This document shows positions 1 to 9,600 of a stretch of DNA of 64,000 nucleotides, in pieces. The stretch covers positions 248,001 through 312,000 of the forward strand of contig JAPMXV010000008.1 of NCBI GenBank assembly GCA_026936335.1. The letters are read 5' to 3'. The notes beneath the pieces were generated by a model, which saw nothing but the letters and a program-made list of their open reading frames with translations, made no database searches and was not told the DNA's origin. The position numbers and the translations under genes were made by a program. Within the stretch, counting starts at the first letter, position 1, and each line of letters opens with the position of its first letter. This DNA is from Mantamonas sphyraenae STR306 (Eukaryota; Protista; CRuMs).

Positions 1-3000
1 TGCATTTGAGGATGCCAGCAGCATCATCGGGAAAGCAGAGAGCGAACTCAGGGCAAAGGTGAGAGAGCATGATGGGTGCAACGGCTCGTGCACTCTAGAC
101 GACGCCGCAGAGACTGACACGACCCCGCAACAGGCGGATCTTGTGCTCCGATGCGTAAACGAACAAGTCAACTTGTTCCCAAACATGCAGGCAGCGATGT
201 GGAAGGGCGCAGGGATTGGCAAGCGGCCCAAGACGGCGGGTGGGGCCGGCTCCCAAACGGGGCAGAGCACAGACGAGTTCCTGGCGAGTCGGACGGTGAA
301 CATGCGACGTAAACTGGGTGCCAACGAGGGGGAAGAAGGCATGGGGCAGGGCACAGTACTTCAGGCAGGGACACAGCGGGGCACAATGGCTGGTGGAGGG
401 TCAGTGTCGGGAGCGACGACACCACGCACGCCACGCACGCCTCGGTCGGGAAACAAGAACGCAGCAGGGACTCCGACAGGGAAGCTGTGGGTAAAACGAG
501 CACACGAACGCACACATGTAAAGGGCAAGGACCTGGGTGTGGATCCGAAGGCGGCGAAAGCACCGCAGGTGAGTTTGCAGGAGATGCACCGGACAGGGGT
601 GTTGGATCTGATGAACAGGGGCGTGCTGCCGATGAAGGCGGACCTGGATGCGGCGTTTGAAGAGACGGGGGGTGCGCCAGTGCGTGTGACACGTGCGCCG
701 TTGGCAAGTGCGGCGAGCGGGAGGAAGCAACGTGGGCAGCGGCAACACATTCAGACGTCATCGAGCGCAGGGTTCAACATGTCGAGCATCCGTCTGGATT
801 TGCACGCCATGGAGAACCGGAACGAGGTGGAAGAGTACCAGGAGCGGATGGCGAGGCTGTCGCGTGAGTACAAGCAAATGCCCGAGCAGGAACGGCTGCG
901 GCAGGAGGCCGAGGCCCAGGCGAGAGCAGATGCAGAGGCAAGAGAAGCACGGGAGGCGGCCGAGGCGGCCTTGAGGGAGGAGGAGGAAGAGGAAGCGAGG
1001 AAGAATGAGGATCCGGAAATGGCGTTGTTCCGCAAGCAGATGGAGAGGCTGACCAAAAAGACGGGGGGCGAGGCCAATGGAGAGGCGAGCAGGCGAAGCA
1101 GCGGAAGCGATTCGACGGCAAACGCAAATGCGGTGGCATTGGAAGCGCAGCTTGGAAGCAAGCGACAGGTGTTGCACTTTCTGATCCGGAAGGGCAAAGC
1201 GTTGGACACGACGCCCGAGTTTGTGCAACTACGCGAACGCAATGTGCACAGTTGGGGCCAGGTACTGTCTGTGATCCGACTGCTGGAAAAGATGTGCCAG
1301 CAGTTCTCTGTGCCGCTGGCCATTGTGGACGCCGGCCGTGTGGAGATGCTGGCCAACGACGCGCTGGAGTCGTTGGATGTGGAGCGACTGATGAGCAGTG
1401 TGATCAACGAGGATCTGGTGCGGCCGGTGGTGGAAAAGAGTGGGCGGCGATTCGTGGGCTGGAATGGGGAAGAGTTGGCAGCGGTGCGTATCCAGGCGGC
1501 GTACCGTGGCCACGTGCAGCACAAGCGGTACAACCGATTCATCAAAGAGCACCATGCGAGCCATCAGATCCAGGATGCGTGGCGATGTTTCCAGATGCGC
1601 AAGCAGACAGAGCAAACGGTGGCGGAGTTGCGTGCGAGCCGACGACAGGAGTTTGACCACCTTCAGCAGGTGCTTGCTGCAGACTGGCCGGTGTTGCGTG
1701 AGGCAAGGCGCACGTTGATCCACCTGCCAAGCATTTCGAGTGAGAGGCGACAGCGTCGCACGGAACCTGCGTTTGCGACAATGCAGGCAGCGCAGATGAG
1801 CCGCCTGTGCGACCTGCGGGATCCTCTGGTGAGCATCATCTACATTTCGCCACAGGAGCCTTCGGAAGACCTTGTGGAATACTATCTGGCGCTGTTGGGA
1901 GCCGGAGGCGTGGAGAATGCGCAGAGCAGGCTGAAGATTGTGTTTCCGGAGAACTGCGAACGGTTCCCCGAACACTTTTCGCTGACGCAGACACTGCTTT
2001 ACTCGCCGGGGGCAATGAGGAAGCTTCGCAACGCAGTGGCTGGCAAAGAGTGCGTGATTGTGCCTCACACCATGAGCGACCACGAGGTTGCCCTGTCGGC
2101 CATCCTCAAGGTGCCCGTGTGGGGTCCTGCGCCCGAGGTGAGCCGTGCTCTCAACACAAAGTCGCAGGCGCGTGCTGTGTTCCGCGAGGCTGGGGTTGCG
2201 TATGCACTGGGCGTGGGTGAACTCGAGGACGAGGAGGATTTCATGTTGATGCTGACGACCCTGATTGTGCAGAATCTGGAGGTGCCTCGATGGGTGTTCA
2301 AGGTGGACAACGAACGCGGTGGGCGTGGGCATGCGTACCTGGACACATTGCATCTCAACTGCCTGACTGTGCTGATGTACGAGCGGGAAAACATGGCTGA
2401 GGACGAGTGGATGTCTGCGGAGATGCAGGAGAACGTGTATGCACGCGTGGACGCAGAGCTGCGGCAAGTGCTGCACACAAAGAGCATCATGGGCAACAGC
2501 AGGCTGTACAAGGACATGGCCACCTTCCTGGAGGCTGTGGAGAGGTTTGGCGGCGTCATCGAAGCGTCGCCGCTGATGGTCCAGGCGTCGCCGTCGATGA
2601 ATCTGCTGATTGAGCCGAATGGAGAGGTGACCATCCAGTCGACGCATGAGCAGTTCTTTGGGGCGCCGTACTGTTTCGAGGGAGCCACGTTTCCGCAGAC
2701 GGTGGTGTCGCCGCAGGAGCTGAACGAAATGGCGCTGAAGGTGGCTGCACGCTGCTTTGCACGCGGAGTGATAGGACCTGTGGGCGTGGACTTTGTGACA
2801 TTCTGGGACGAAAAGAGCGACTCACATCAGATCTGGCTTGTGGATTTGAACGTGCGCCCCACCGTGACGATGCATGCGTTTGCGCTGTTTGACTTTGTGG
2901 CGCAAGGACGCTTCGATGCAGAGACGGGATACTACGAGATTGGCGGAGGTGGCGGTGGGGTGGCAGACAAGGGGATGGCGCGGCCGGAAAGCTCCATGTC

Positions 3001-3463
3001 GTCCACAAGCGGCAACTTTGTGATGGAGACGGCACGGAACAAGCTGGCACATGTGGACGGGGCATCGCGGCGGTATTATGTGTACCACCACAACGTGAGC
3101 CACACGAATCTGAGTGTGATCCATCCGGGGGTGCTGTTTCAGATGTGCAAGGCAAACGGGGTGTCGTTCGATCTGGGAAGCAAGACGGGCACGTGCTTCC
3201 AGCTGCAGGATGCGTTTACACGCGGCCGGTTGGGGCTTATGACGGTGGGGCGCAGCATACCAGAGTCTCTGGACACGATGGAGGTTGCTCTGGAGTTTCT
3301 GGCGCACTCGCTGGCGATTTCCATGGCCAAATTCGGCACAACAGACGTAGGCACAGTCAAGGATGCACAAACGACAAACGCGTGGCTGGTGCAGCGTTGG
3401 GCGAGTCAGCAGCAACAGGCGCTGGAGGAGGAAGGAGGCGACGGCGACGAAACGGACGTGTGA
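1..3463 (+). CDS. IQCH: IQ domain-containing protein H-like (IQ motifs + ATP-grasp-like C-terminal region); 5' end lies upstream of the window
   Basis: IQ motifs AAVRIQAAYRG and HQIQDAWRCF; IQCH-like segments LIHLPSIS, RLCDLRDP, SLTQTLLYSP, WVFKVDNERGGRGHA, GVIGPVGVDFV. The frame is open from base 2; 59-133 (GTGAGA...CAACAG, 75 nt) looks like an in-frame intron. Confidence 0.8.
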   Translation, partial: AFEDASSIIGKAESELRAKVREHDGCNGSCTLDDAAETDTTPQQADLVLRCVNEQVNLFPNMQAAMWKGAGIGKRPKTAGGAGSQTGQSTDEFLASRTVNMRRKLGANEGEEGMGQGTVLQAGTQRGTMAGGGSVSGATTPRTPRTPRSGNKNAAGTPTGKLWVKRAHERTHVKGKDLGVDPKAAKAPQVSLQEMHRTGVLDLMNRGVLPMKADLDAAFEETGGAPVRVTRAPLASAASGRKQRGQRQHIQTSSSAGFNMSSIRLDLHAMENRNEVEEYQERMARLSREYKQMPEQERLRQEAEAQARADAEAREAREAAEAALREEEEEEARKNEDPEMALFRKQMERLTKKTGGEANGEASRRSSGSDSTANANAVALEAQLGSKRQVLHFLIRKGKALDTTPEFVQLRERNVHSWGQVLSVIRLLEKMCQQFSVPLAIVDAGRVEMLANDALESLDVERLMSSVINEDLVRPVVEKSGRRFVGWNGEELAAVRIQAAYRGHVQHKRYNRFIKEHHASHQIQDAWRCFQMRKQTEQTVAELRASRRQEFDHLQQVLAADWPVLREARRTLIHLPSISSERRQRRTEPAFATMQAAQMSRLCDLRDPLVSIIYISPQEPSEDLVEYYLALLGAGGVENAQSRLKIVFPENCERFPEHFSLTQTLLYSPGAMRKLRNAVAGKECVIVPHTMSDHEVALSAILKVPVWGPAPEVSRALNTKSQARAVFREAGVAYALGVGELEDEEDFMLMLTTLIVQNLEVPRWVFKVDNERGGRGHAYLDTLHLNCLTVLMYERENMAEDEWMSAEMQENVYARVDAELRQVLHTKSIMGNSRLYKDMATFLEAVERFGGVIEASPLMVQASPSMNLLIEPNGEVTIQSTHEQFFGAPYCFEGATFPQTVVSPQELNEMALKVAARCFARGVIGPVGVDFVTFWDEKSDSHQIWLVDLNVRPTVTMHAFALFDFVAQGRFDAETGYYEIGGGGGGVADKGMARPESSMSSTSGNFVMETARNKLAHVDGASRRYYVYHHNVSHTNLSVIHPGVLFQMCKANGVSFDLGSKTGTCFQLQDAFTRGRLGLMTVGRSIPESLDTMEVALEFLAHSLAISMAKFGTTDVGTVKDAQTTNAWLVQRWASQQQQALEEEGGDGDETDV

Positions 3464-3501
3464 GGGCGAATGGAAACAAAGTGTTTCGAGCGTGTCTGGG
3501 T

Positions 3502-3999
3502 TCATTGAAGGAGTTGCTTTGTGAACGGATTGGTTGTGTTTGCAACAATGGTCTGCTTGAGGTCGTCGTCGAGGAGTTCTTTCGCCGCAAGCTGATCGGC
3601 GACTTGCTCCAGGAAAAGACGGCCACCTGTGATGTTGTGGTGCTCCTTGTCGGCAGCAAAGCGGTCGTATGCACCGCAAACCAAGACAAGGTGGCCCACC
3701 TGTGTGCCGAGAGCGGTGAGTGCGTCGGTGAGTGCGTCTTGGTCGCCTGCGAGGTCGTCCAGATTTTGCAGGAGGGCTGGGATGACATCCTGCTGCAGAC
3801 AGGTGACGAGGAGCAGGGTTTGGCCGTGTCGTTCAAAGGCAGCGACAGTGGGGAAGGCCTTGTTTGCGGCGACGCGTTCGTGGGCAATGTCGAGGAGGAG
3901 GGAGGACAGTTTGGACCTTGTCGAGTCGCCTTCGTCGTCGTTCTCGATGTCCTGGCCGCTGGTGGACTGCCGTGTGACGTCGGAATCAGTTGAGCTCAT
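3502..3999 (-). CDS. Hypothetical 165-aa protein
   Basis: ATG-initiated ORF with natural composition that fills the gap between IQCH and the E2 gene; no family recognised. Confidence 0.55.
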   Translation of the reverse strand: MSSTDSDVTRQSTSGQDIENDDEGDSTRSKLSSLLLDIAHERVAANKAFPTVAAFERHGQTLLLVTCLQQDVIPALLQNLDDLAGDQDALTDALTALGTQVGHLVLVCGAYDRFAADKEHHNITGGRLFLEQVADQLAAKELLDDDLKQTIVANTTNPFTKQLLQ

Positions 4000-4079
4000 T
4001 GTGGTGAAGTTGAATGGGTGGGTTTGAGCTGGAGCGGGGTGCGCGCCACGGGAAGCAACAGGACAAGAAGAAACACGAC

Positions 4080-5272
4080 ATGGGAGACAAGCCTGCCGAC
4101 GTGATTGAGAAGGAGTTTGACGCGTGGAGTGCGGAACAAGAGGGAGGAGATAGCGGCGAGATCCTGCTGTTTGAGGTGGACGGGGACAACAACGAAGCGA
4201 CGTTCATCCTGGGAGAGGACCAGATCCAATTTACGGTGTCGTACGATCCTGCGTATCCGCTGGGCAAGGACGCAATGGTGAGTTGGGTTTGGCGCGGGCA
4301 CGGGGCGCGCGTTGCAAGAGTGTGCTGGGTGAGCGGGCAGCTGACACGGGCGAGAGGAATTCGGGCTTGGGATGGAATTCGTGTGGGGCCTCGTTGTGGT
4401 GTTGGATGCAGCTTGTGTCCAGCCAGTCATCGCGGTTGGAGGAGTGGCAAACGAAATTGCAGGAATGGGTGGACGACAACAACATCCGGACACTGAAGGA
4501 GACACTGGGGGAGGCGCAGAGGTTGTTTGAGACGCTGGAGATTCCCGAAGGGGGAGACAGCGATAGTGACGGGGGCGACGAATACTACGAGGACTACAGC
4601 GACGAAGACGACGGTTACTACCCGTTGGAACACGACGAGGACGATGATCTGGCGGAGCTGGAGATTGCAGTGCAGGAGGGGTTGGAGAAGGAGGCGGCAA
4701 AGCAGAACTCGTCGAGCACGTACGTGAAGGAGAAGTTTGGGGCAGCAGAGGACTATGTGACAAAGAGTGGGAGCAAGGCGGCGACGGAGCGCATTTTTAG
4801 TGATCTGAACTCGATGTTTGCGGATGGGAAGGACCCGAGCGAGTACGGCCTGGAGATTGAGCCCGACGACGACAACATCTATCTGTGGAAGATCCTGTTG
4901 AGCTTCAAGGACACGGGCTCTGAGTTGGAGAGCGACCTGAAGCAGTATGCGAAAAAGTCAGGGACGGACCAGGTGGAGATGGAGCTGCTGTTTCCCGCGG
5001 ACTACCCGTTTGCACCGCCGTTCATCCGTGTGGTGCAGCCGCGCTTTGTGTTTCACACGGGCCACGTGACTATCGGCGGCAGCATCTGCACAGAAACGCT
5101 GACCAAGAGTGGATGGACGCCGTCGAACAACCTGGAGTCGTTGTTGGTGGACATTCGCAGCACCATGGTCGAGGGCAAGGGCCGCATCGACTTTAACAAC
5201 GGCTCTGCGTACACAAAACAAGAAGCGAGGAACGCGTTTGACCGCGTTGCCAGGCAGCATGGGTGGCAGTGA
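4080..5272 (+). CDS. UBE2Q: Ubiquitin-conjugating enzyme, UBE2Q-like (RWD-like N-terminus, acidic linker, UBC domain); intron 4278-4411
   Basis: FPADYPFAPPFIRVVQPRF and GHVTIGGSICTETLT (catalytic Cys); C-terminal YTKQEARNAFDRVARQHGW is typical of UBE2Q. The GTGAGT...GCAG intron joins the exons in frame. Confidence 0.85.
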
Positions 5273-5334
5273 GCGAGTGGGGGAATGAAAGGGGCGAGGC
5301 GAGGGGCGAATTGGCACCCATCAAAAATTCACGC

Positions 5335-6483
5335 ATGTTTTCGCGAAGTGCTCGCATCGCTGCACGAGAGACTGGCCAGTTGGGCAGCAGCCATGGTTTG
5401 TTGGTGACGAGAGGGGCCCCGTGTGCACCGGTGGGAGTCCATGGGTTCCACACAGGCCTTCAAACGTGTGGCCTGCTCTCTTCCAGCAACGAGTTTGAGG
5501 GGGTGACGCCAGCGGGTGGCCGCGTGAACATGAGCAAGCTCATGGAGAAGCACCGCATCAAGGGAAAGGTCAACACTGGGGTGAACCTGGTCCAGTCCGG
5601 CTTCGTGGCGGTCGTGGAAAGGTTGGGCAAGTTTCATCGTGTTGTCGAGCCCGGCCTTTTCTTTGCCATTCCGCTGATTGACAAGATCACCTTTTACGTG
5701 GACATGCGTGAGTTGTCAATTCCGTCGTCGTTTGTTAGCGCAGTGACGATGGACAACGTGGCGTCGCATCTGAGCGCTACGTTGTTTCTGCGTGTGATTG
5801 ATCCCTACAAGGCCGTCTATGAGGCGGAGCACGTGATCCAGAGCATCATTACGACGGCACAGAGTGCCATGCGTGCATCCGTGGGCACCATGACCTTGGA
5901 CGAGTTGTTCCACAACCGAGATCGGCTGAACACACACATTCTGGCAGCCACGGCGGAGGCAGTGTCGTCATGGGGCTGCTTGATCACTCGCTTCGAAATC
6001 CAGGAAATTGAAGTGGACGAGGAGATTCGCAGGTCGATGGACCTGCAGGCAAAGGCAGAACGCGTGAAGCGTGAGCAGATCCGAGGTGCCGAGGCAAACG
6101 CGCGCAGTGTGGAGCTTGCATCGGAGGCACAGAAAACGCGTGACATCAACGTGTCTGCTGGTGAGCGTCTCAAGGCCATCAACGAGGCTGAGGGTGTCGC
6201 AGAAGCGACTCGGCTGAAGGCTGAGGCGCAAGCCGCGGCGATCGAACGCATCGGCAAGGCCCTGAGCACACCAGACGGTGCTCTGGCAGCCAGGCTGAAA
6301 CTGGCAGAGGAGTACATCAAGACGTACGGGGAATTGGCGCACAAGAGCAACACCATGATCCTCAACGATTCGCCCAACGACGTCAACGCGGTGATTGCCA
6401 AGGCCATGAGCGTGGGCACAAACGTGTTTGCGGAGCAGCAGAAGCAGGGCAGAGAGAGGACAGGTCTTTGCGACCGACCGTGA
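5335..6483 (+). CDS. STOML2: Stomatin-like protein 2 (SPFH/band 7), probably mitochondrial
   Basis: VVERLGKFHRVVEPGLFFAIP, AQSAMRASVGTMTLDELF, WGCLITRFEIQEI; Arg/Ser-rich presequence; AATAAA at 6509-6514. Confidence 0.9.
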   Translation: MFSRSARIAARETGQLGSSHGLLVTRGAPCAPVGVHGFHTGLQTCGLLSSSNEFEGVTPAGGRVNMSKLMEKHRIKGKVNTGVNLVQSGFVAVVERLGKFHRVVEPGLFFAIPLIDKITFYVDMRELSIPSSFVSAVTMDNVASHLSATLFLRVIDPYKAVYEAEHVIQSIITTAQSAMRASVGTMTLDELFHNRDRLNTHILAATAEAVSSWGCLITRFEIQEIEVDEEIRRSMDLQAKAERVKREQIRGAEANARSVELASEAQKTRDINVSAGERLKAINEAEGVAEATRLKAEAQAAAIERIGKALSTPDGALAARLKLAEEYIKTYGELAHKSNTMILNDSPNDVNAVIAKAMSVGTNVFAEQQKQGRERTGLCDRP

Positions 6484-6554
6484 ACACAGCTGTGCTTTGC
6501 TGAAAAGCAATAAAAATCCATCCTTTCGATGGTAGTCGGTCGCAAATCCCTGCC
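6459..6554 (-). ncRNA. Candidate omegaRNA scaffold (multi-branch hairpin) just 3' of the Fanzor ORF
   Basis: Perfect 12-bp inverted repeat TTTGCGACCGAC (6467-6478) / GTCGGTCGCAAA (6535-6546). On the minus strand it extends through a GA/GA internal loop into a 6-bp GGCAGG/CCUGUC stem and encloses three small hairpins. The two closing-stem non-Watson-Crick pairs are G-U on the minus (Fanzor) strand but A-C on the plus strand. Confidence 0.5.
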
Positions 6555-6606
6555 GTCAGCCGCCCGTCGCCCCGCCCACCTTTATTCCGTGTGTGTTGTG
6601 CGATTC

Positions 6607-9600
6607 TCACTGCTTGCGAAGCTCCGCTCGTTGTTTGCGCCATCTCCTCGATGACAGCTTTGTGTGAGTCGCTCGATCCACGCCCGATATGGCCAGCACC
6701 AACAGAGTGGCGATGGCCACTGCGGCGTCGATATCCTTGTGCTGTGCCCATCGAAGGCAGTGTGTGCAGTCCCACCAACGCCTGCTGCATCCACGGCGTG
6801 TGTACGACTTGGGACTCAGGGTCACCTGGTGTCCACACTCACGGCACAGGGCAGATGTGTACGCCTCTCGTGTGACCACAACCGTGTGTGTACGACTCAG
6901 GTGCCTCTTAACATCCGCAAGGGGGACCCGTGCACTGAATCGTCCGTTGCCAAACGCCAAAACGGAGCGCTGCTGGCACAGCCTGTCAATGTCCGAGATT
7001 GAGGCCGAGATGCCAGCAAGGTACTTGTTTCGGAGCTTGCGGTGCTCGTAGTGGTGGGCATCGACGAGATTCGTGTCGGGCTTCGCAAATTCTTCGCGCT
7101 TTGCCTTGTTCAGTGCTTTCAAGGTTGGTGTAGATGAGGACGATGATCGTGCGCTAGATCGCAGCGTACGTCGGCAGGTTGATGAGGATGAGGATGATGA
7201 GGATACTTCTGTGCGGCTCCTGGCTGCCCTTGTTGCCGCGAGCGAGATTGCCCTTTGATGATTTTGCAAGCGACTGCCTCGCTTCAGGTTTCGGTACGAG
7301 GGTGTAGGCAGTGGAAAGTAGACTCCTGCCTGGACATGGATGTCCCCATTCACGACCTTTGCAGTCATCGCCTGGTGGTAGAACATGGCCACGGCGGTGC
7401 AGTTATCCACGTTTGGGTCGATCCCGACCACGACTCTCCCCGGTGACAACAGAGGCATACCCCCCTGTGTCCGTGCCACCTGCTTGTCCGACTCGTACAA
7501 CTCGCCTGTGTGTCGCGCGTTGGGTTCCCCGTTCACACCAGGAATGCACGTTCTTCTCACGTAATTCAAGAGCTTGCGCTTTCCTGCCGCCGATTGAACC
7601 TCATCCACCCCGGAATGCAGAAACCACTGTCCCAGCTTCTCCATCGCCTTGTCTTGGTCTTGGTAGGCCTGGCAGTACAGACTGACAATCCCCTGAACGT
7701 GGTAAAAGTTCAGTGTCTCCTTCACCTTCTTCTTGTTGTTTTCCGCTGTGCACCCCAGCCGCAAACAAGCTACACGAAGCTTCTCCTCGACACTGGTGGT
7801 TGCCACACAGCCAGTGGCACCGCCTAGTCTGCGCCTGGCTCCGCTGCTGAGTACAGGGGAACTGTAAACGGTTTGGTAGAGTTGGGTACCGCGGTGACCA
7901 CCCACCCTCACGCCCTGCCCCCTCCTCTCTGGTTGCGCATCCGCTGTCCACAAACCAGGCAGAACGAGCATGCTAATACCATTCACCAGGTTGTGATTAA
8001 ACTGCTGCTGTGCCTGTTTTCCTCGCTTCATACCAACGTGATTTGTCGACACAATCCTCTCCATTGCCGTTCGCGCGGCCGCGTTCAGAACCTGTGGGTG
8101 TTGAACAATGAGTTGGTTCAACTTGGGTGCCCATTTCCGTTCTGTGACTGTTTGCGAGCCCGTTCCGTCCCAGTTCAGATTGCGGATGATGGCCTCTGCC
8201 GCCGTGCGCATCTCCTCGTCGACTTCCCTGTTGTCGCGGCTCCTCATTTGGTTCAGCAGCTTGTAGGCCACTGCACAGAGCTTGCCCTTCAAAATGTACC
8301 CTGATATTGATGTAACACAACGGGCCGTGGCATGTGGCCGTGGGACAAGGGCTCGCCGCACACGGGTCACACGTCGCTCCAGCTGTAGCAGGCGGACATA
8401 GGCCACAATCCTGAGGACCATGTCGTCCTTGTCCTTCGACTTTGCTTTGCGAGCAAGTGGTGAGTTCTGCATGAGAGGCAGCAGCTGCTCACGTAGTGGT
8501 TGTAGCGCTTCACGCCAATCCAGCTCCTTCTCCTTCCCCACCTCCTGCTCTTCTTCCTCCTGCTCTTCTTCCTCCTGCTCTGCCGACTCCTCGTCGTCTT
8601 CATAAAGTTCATCGTCGGACTGTTTCTCCTGTACCTGCACCTCCTCCTCTGCATCGCTCTGGGCCCCGTCCTCCTCGTCTTCCTCAAAAAGACCATCATC
8701 GATTGCCTCCTGCTCTTCTTCCTCCTGCTGCTCTTCTTCCTCCTGCTCCAGAATCTTCTTTCTCCAGGTTCCAATGTTCACCCCAACGACGTAGGAGCAC
8801 GCCAAATCCATCAGCTTCTTGCTCATCCCCACACCTGTTTTGGCTTTGACCATCCGGCGGACACAGGATCCCCAGCTCCGTGTGGCGAGTGCCCAATCCA
8901 GCCGCAACTGGTTTTGCGCCTTGCTGCTGCTGTCCGTTCCCAGCATTGTGCGCAACTGCTCACACTGTTCCTCATTGCTCAGGTCGACAAAATCGCCGTT
9001 GACAAACGCTTGAATCTGCTCATAGAGCTTCTCCCTGGCGTCCACATACTTGCTGTGCTCGTCACCCAATACGTCACACACCTGTTGTAGCATGTCTTTG
9101 TCCATCTGTGCAGAGGTGCAGTTGCTGATTGTTCCACGGGAAACGGTTGTGGGCTTTCCAAATGTGCCCATGTGTCGTTCAACTCCGCCCGCTCCCCGCC
9201 CGCCTTTGTCCCCGTACATAGTTGCCAGCGTATCCTCCTCACTTATTCCACTCGCAAACATGCTTCCAACCTCCTGCCCAAGTGATCCGTACAGGCTCTC
9301 CTCCTCGGCCTTGCTGGCTTCGATGGCGACGTAGTCGTCCTCATTCAGTTTCTGCTTGACGAAGCACACACTCTTCTTGCACAACCGACGCGCTAGCTCA
9401 CCTTTCAGACAATCCCCTGCAGCTAACATAGCATCACATACCTGATCAGCATCGCCAGCCCCTTGATCCTGCAGTACCTTCCTCAACTGCTCCACATCCT
9501 TCTCCAGGGCTTCTCTGCTTTTGAAGATCTTTGCCTCGCCCTTGGCTTGGTCTATCTTGTCCTTCAGCAGCTTCTGCTTCGCCACAGCCTCATCCAGGAT

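Noticed and set aside
6505-6520. AUUUUUA as an Sm site of a spliceosomal snRNA
   Set aside because: No U1/U2/U4/U5 signature; it is also simply the complement of the stomatin AATAAA signal.
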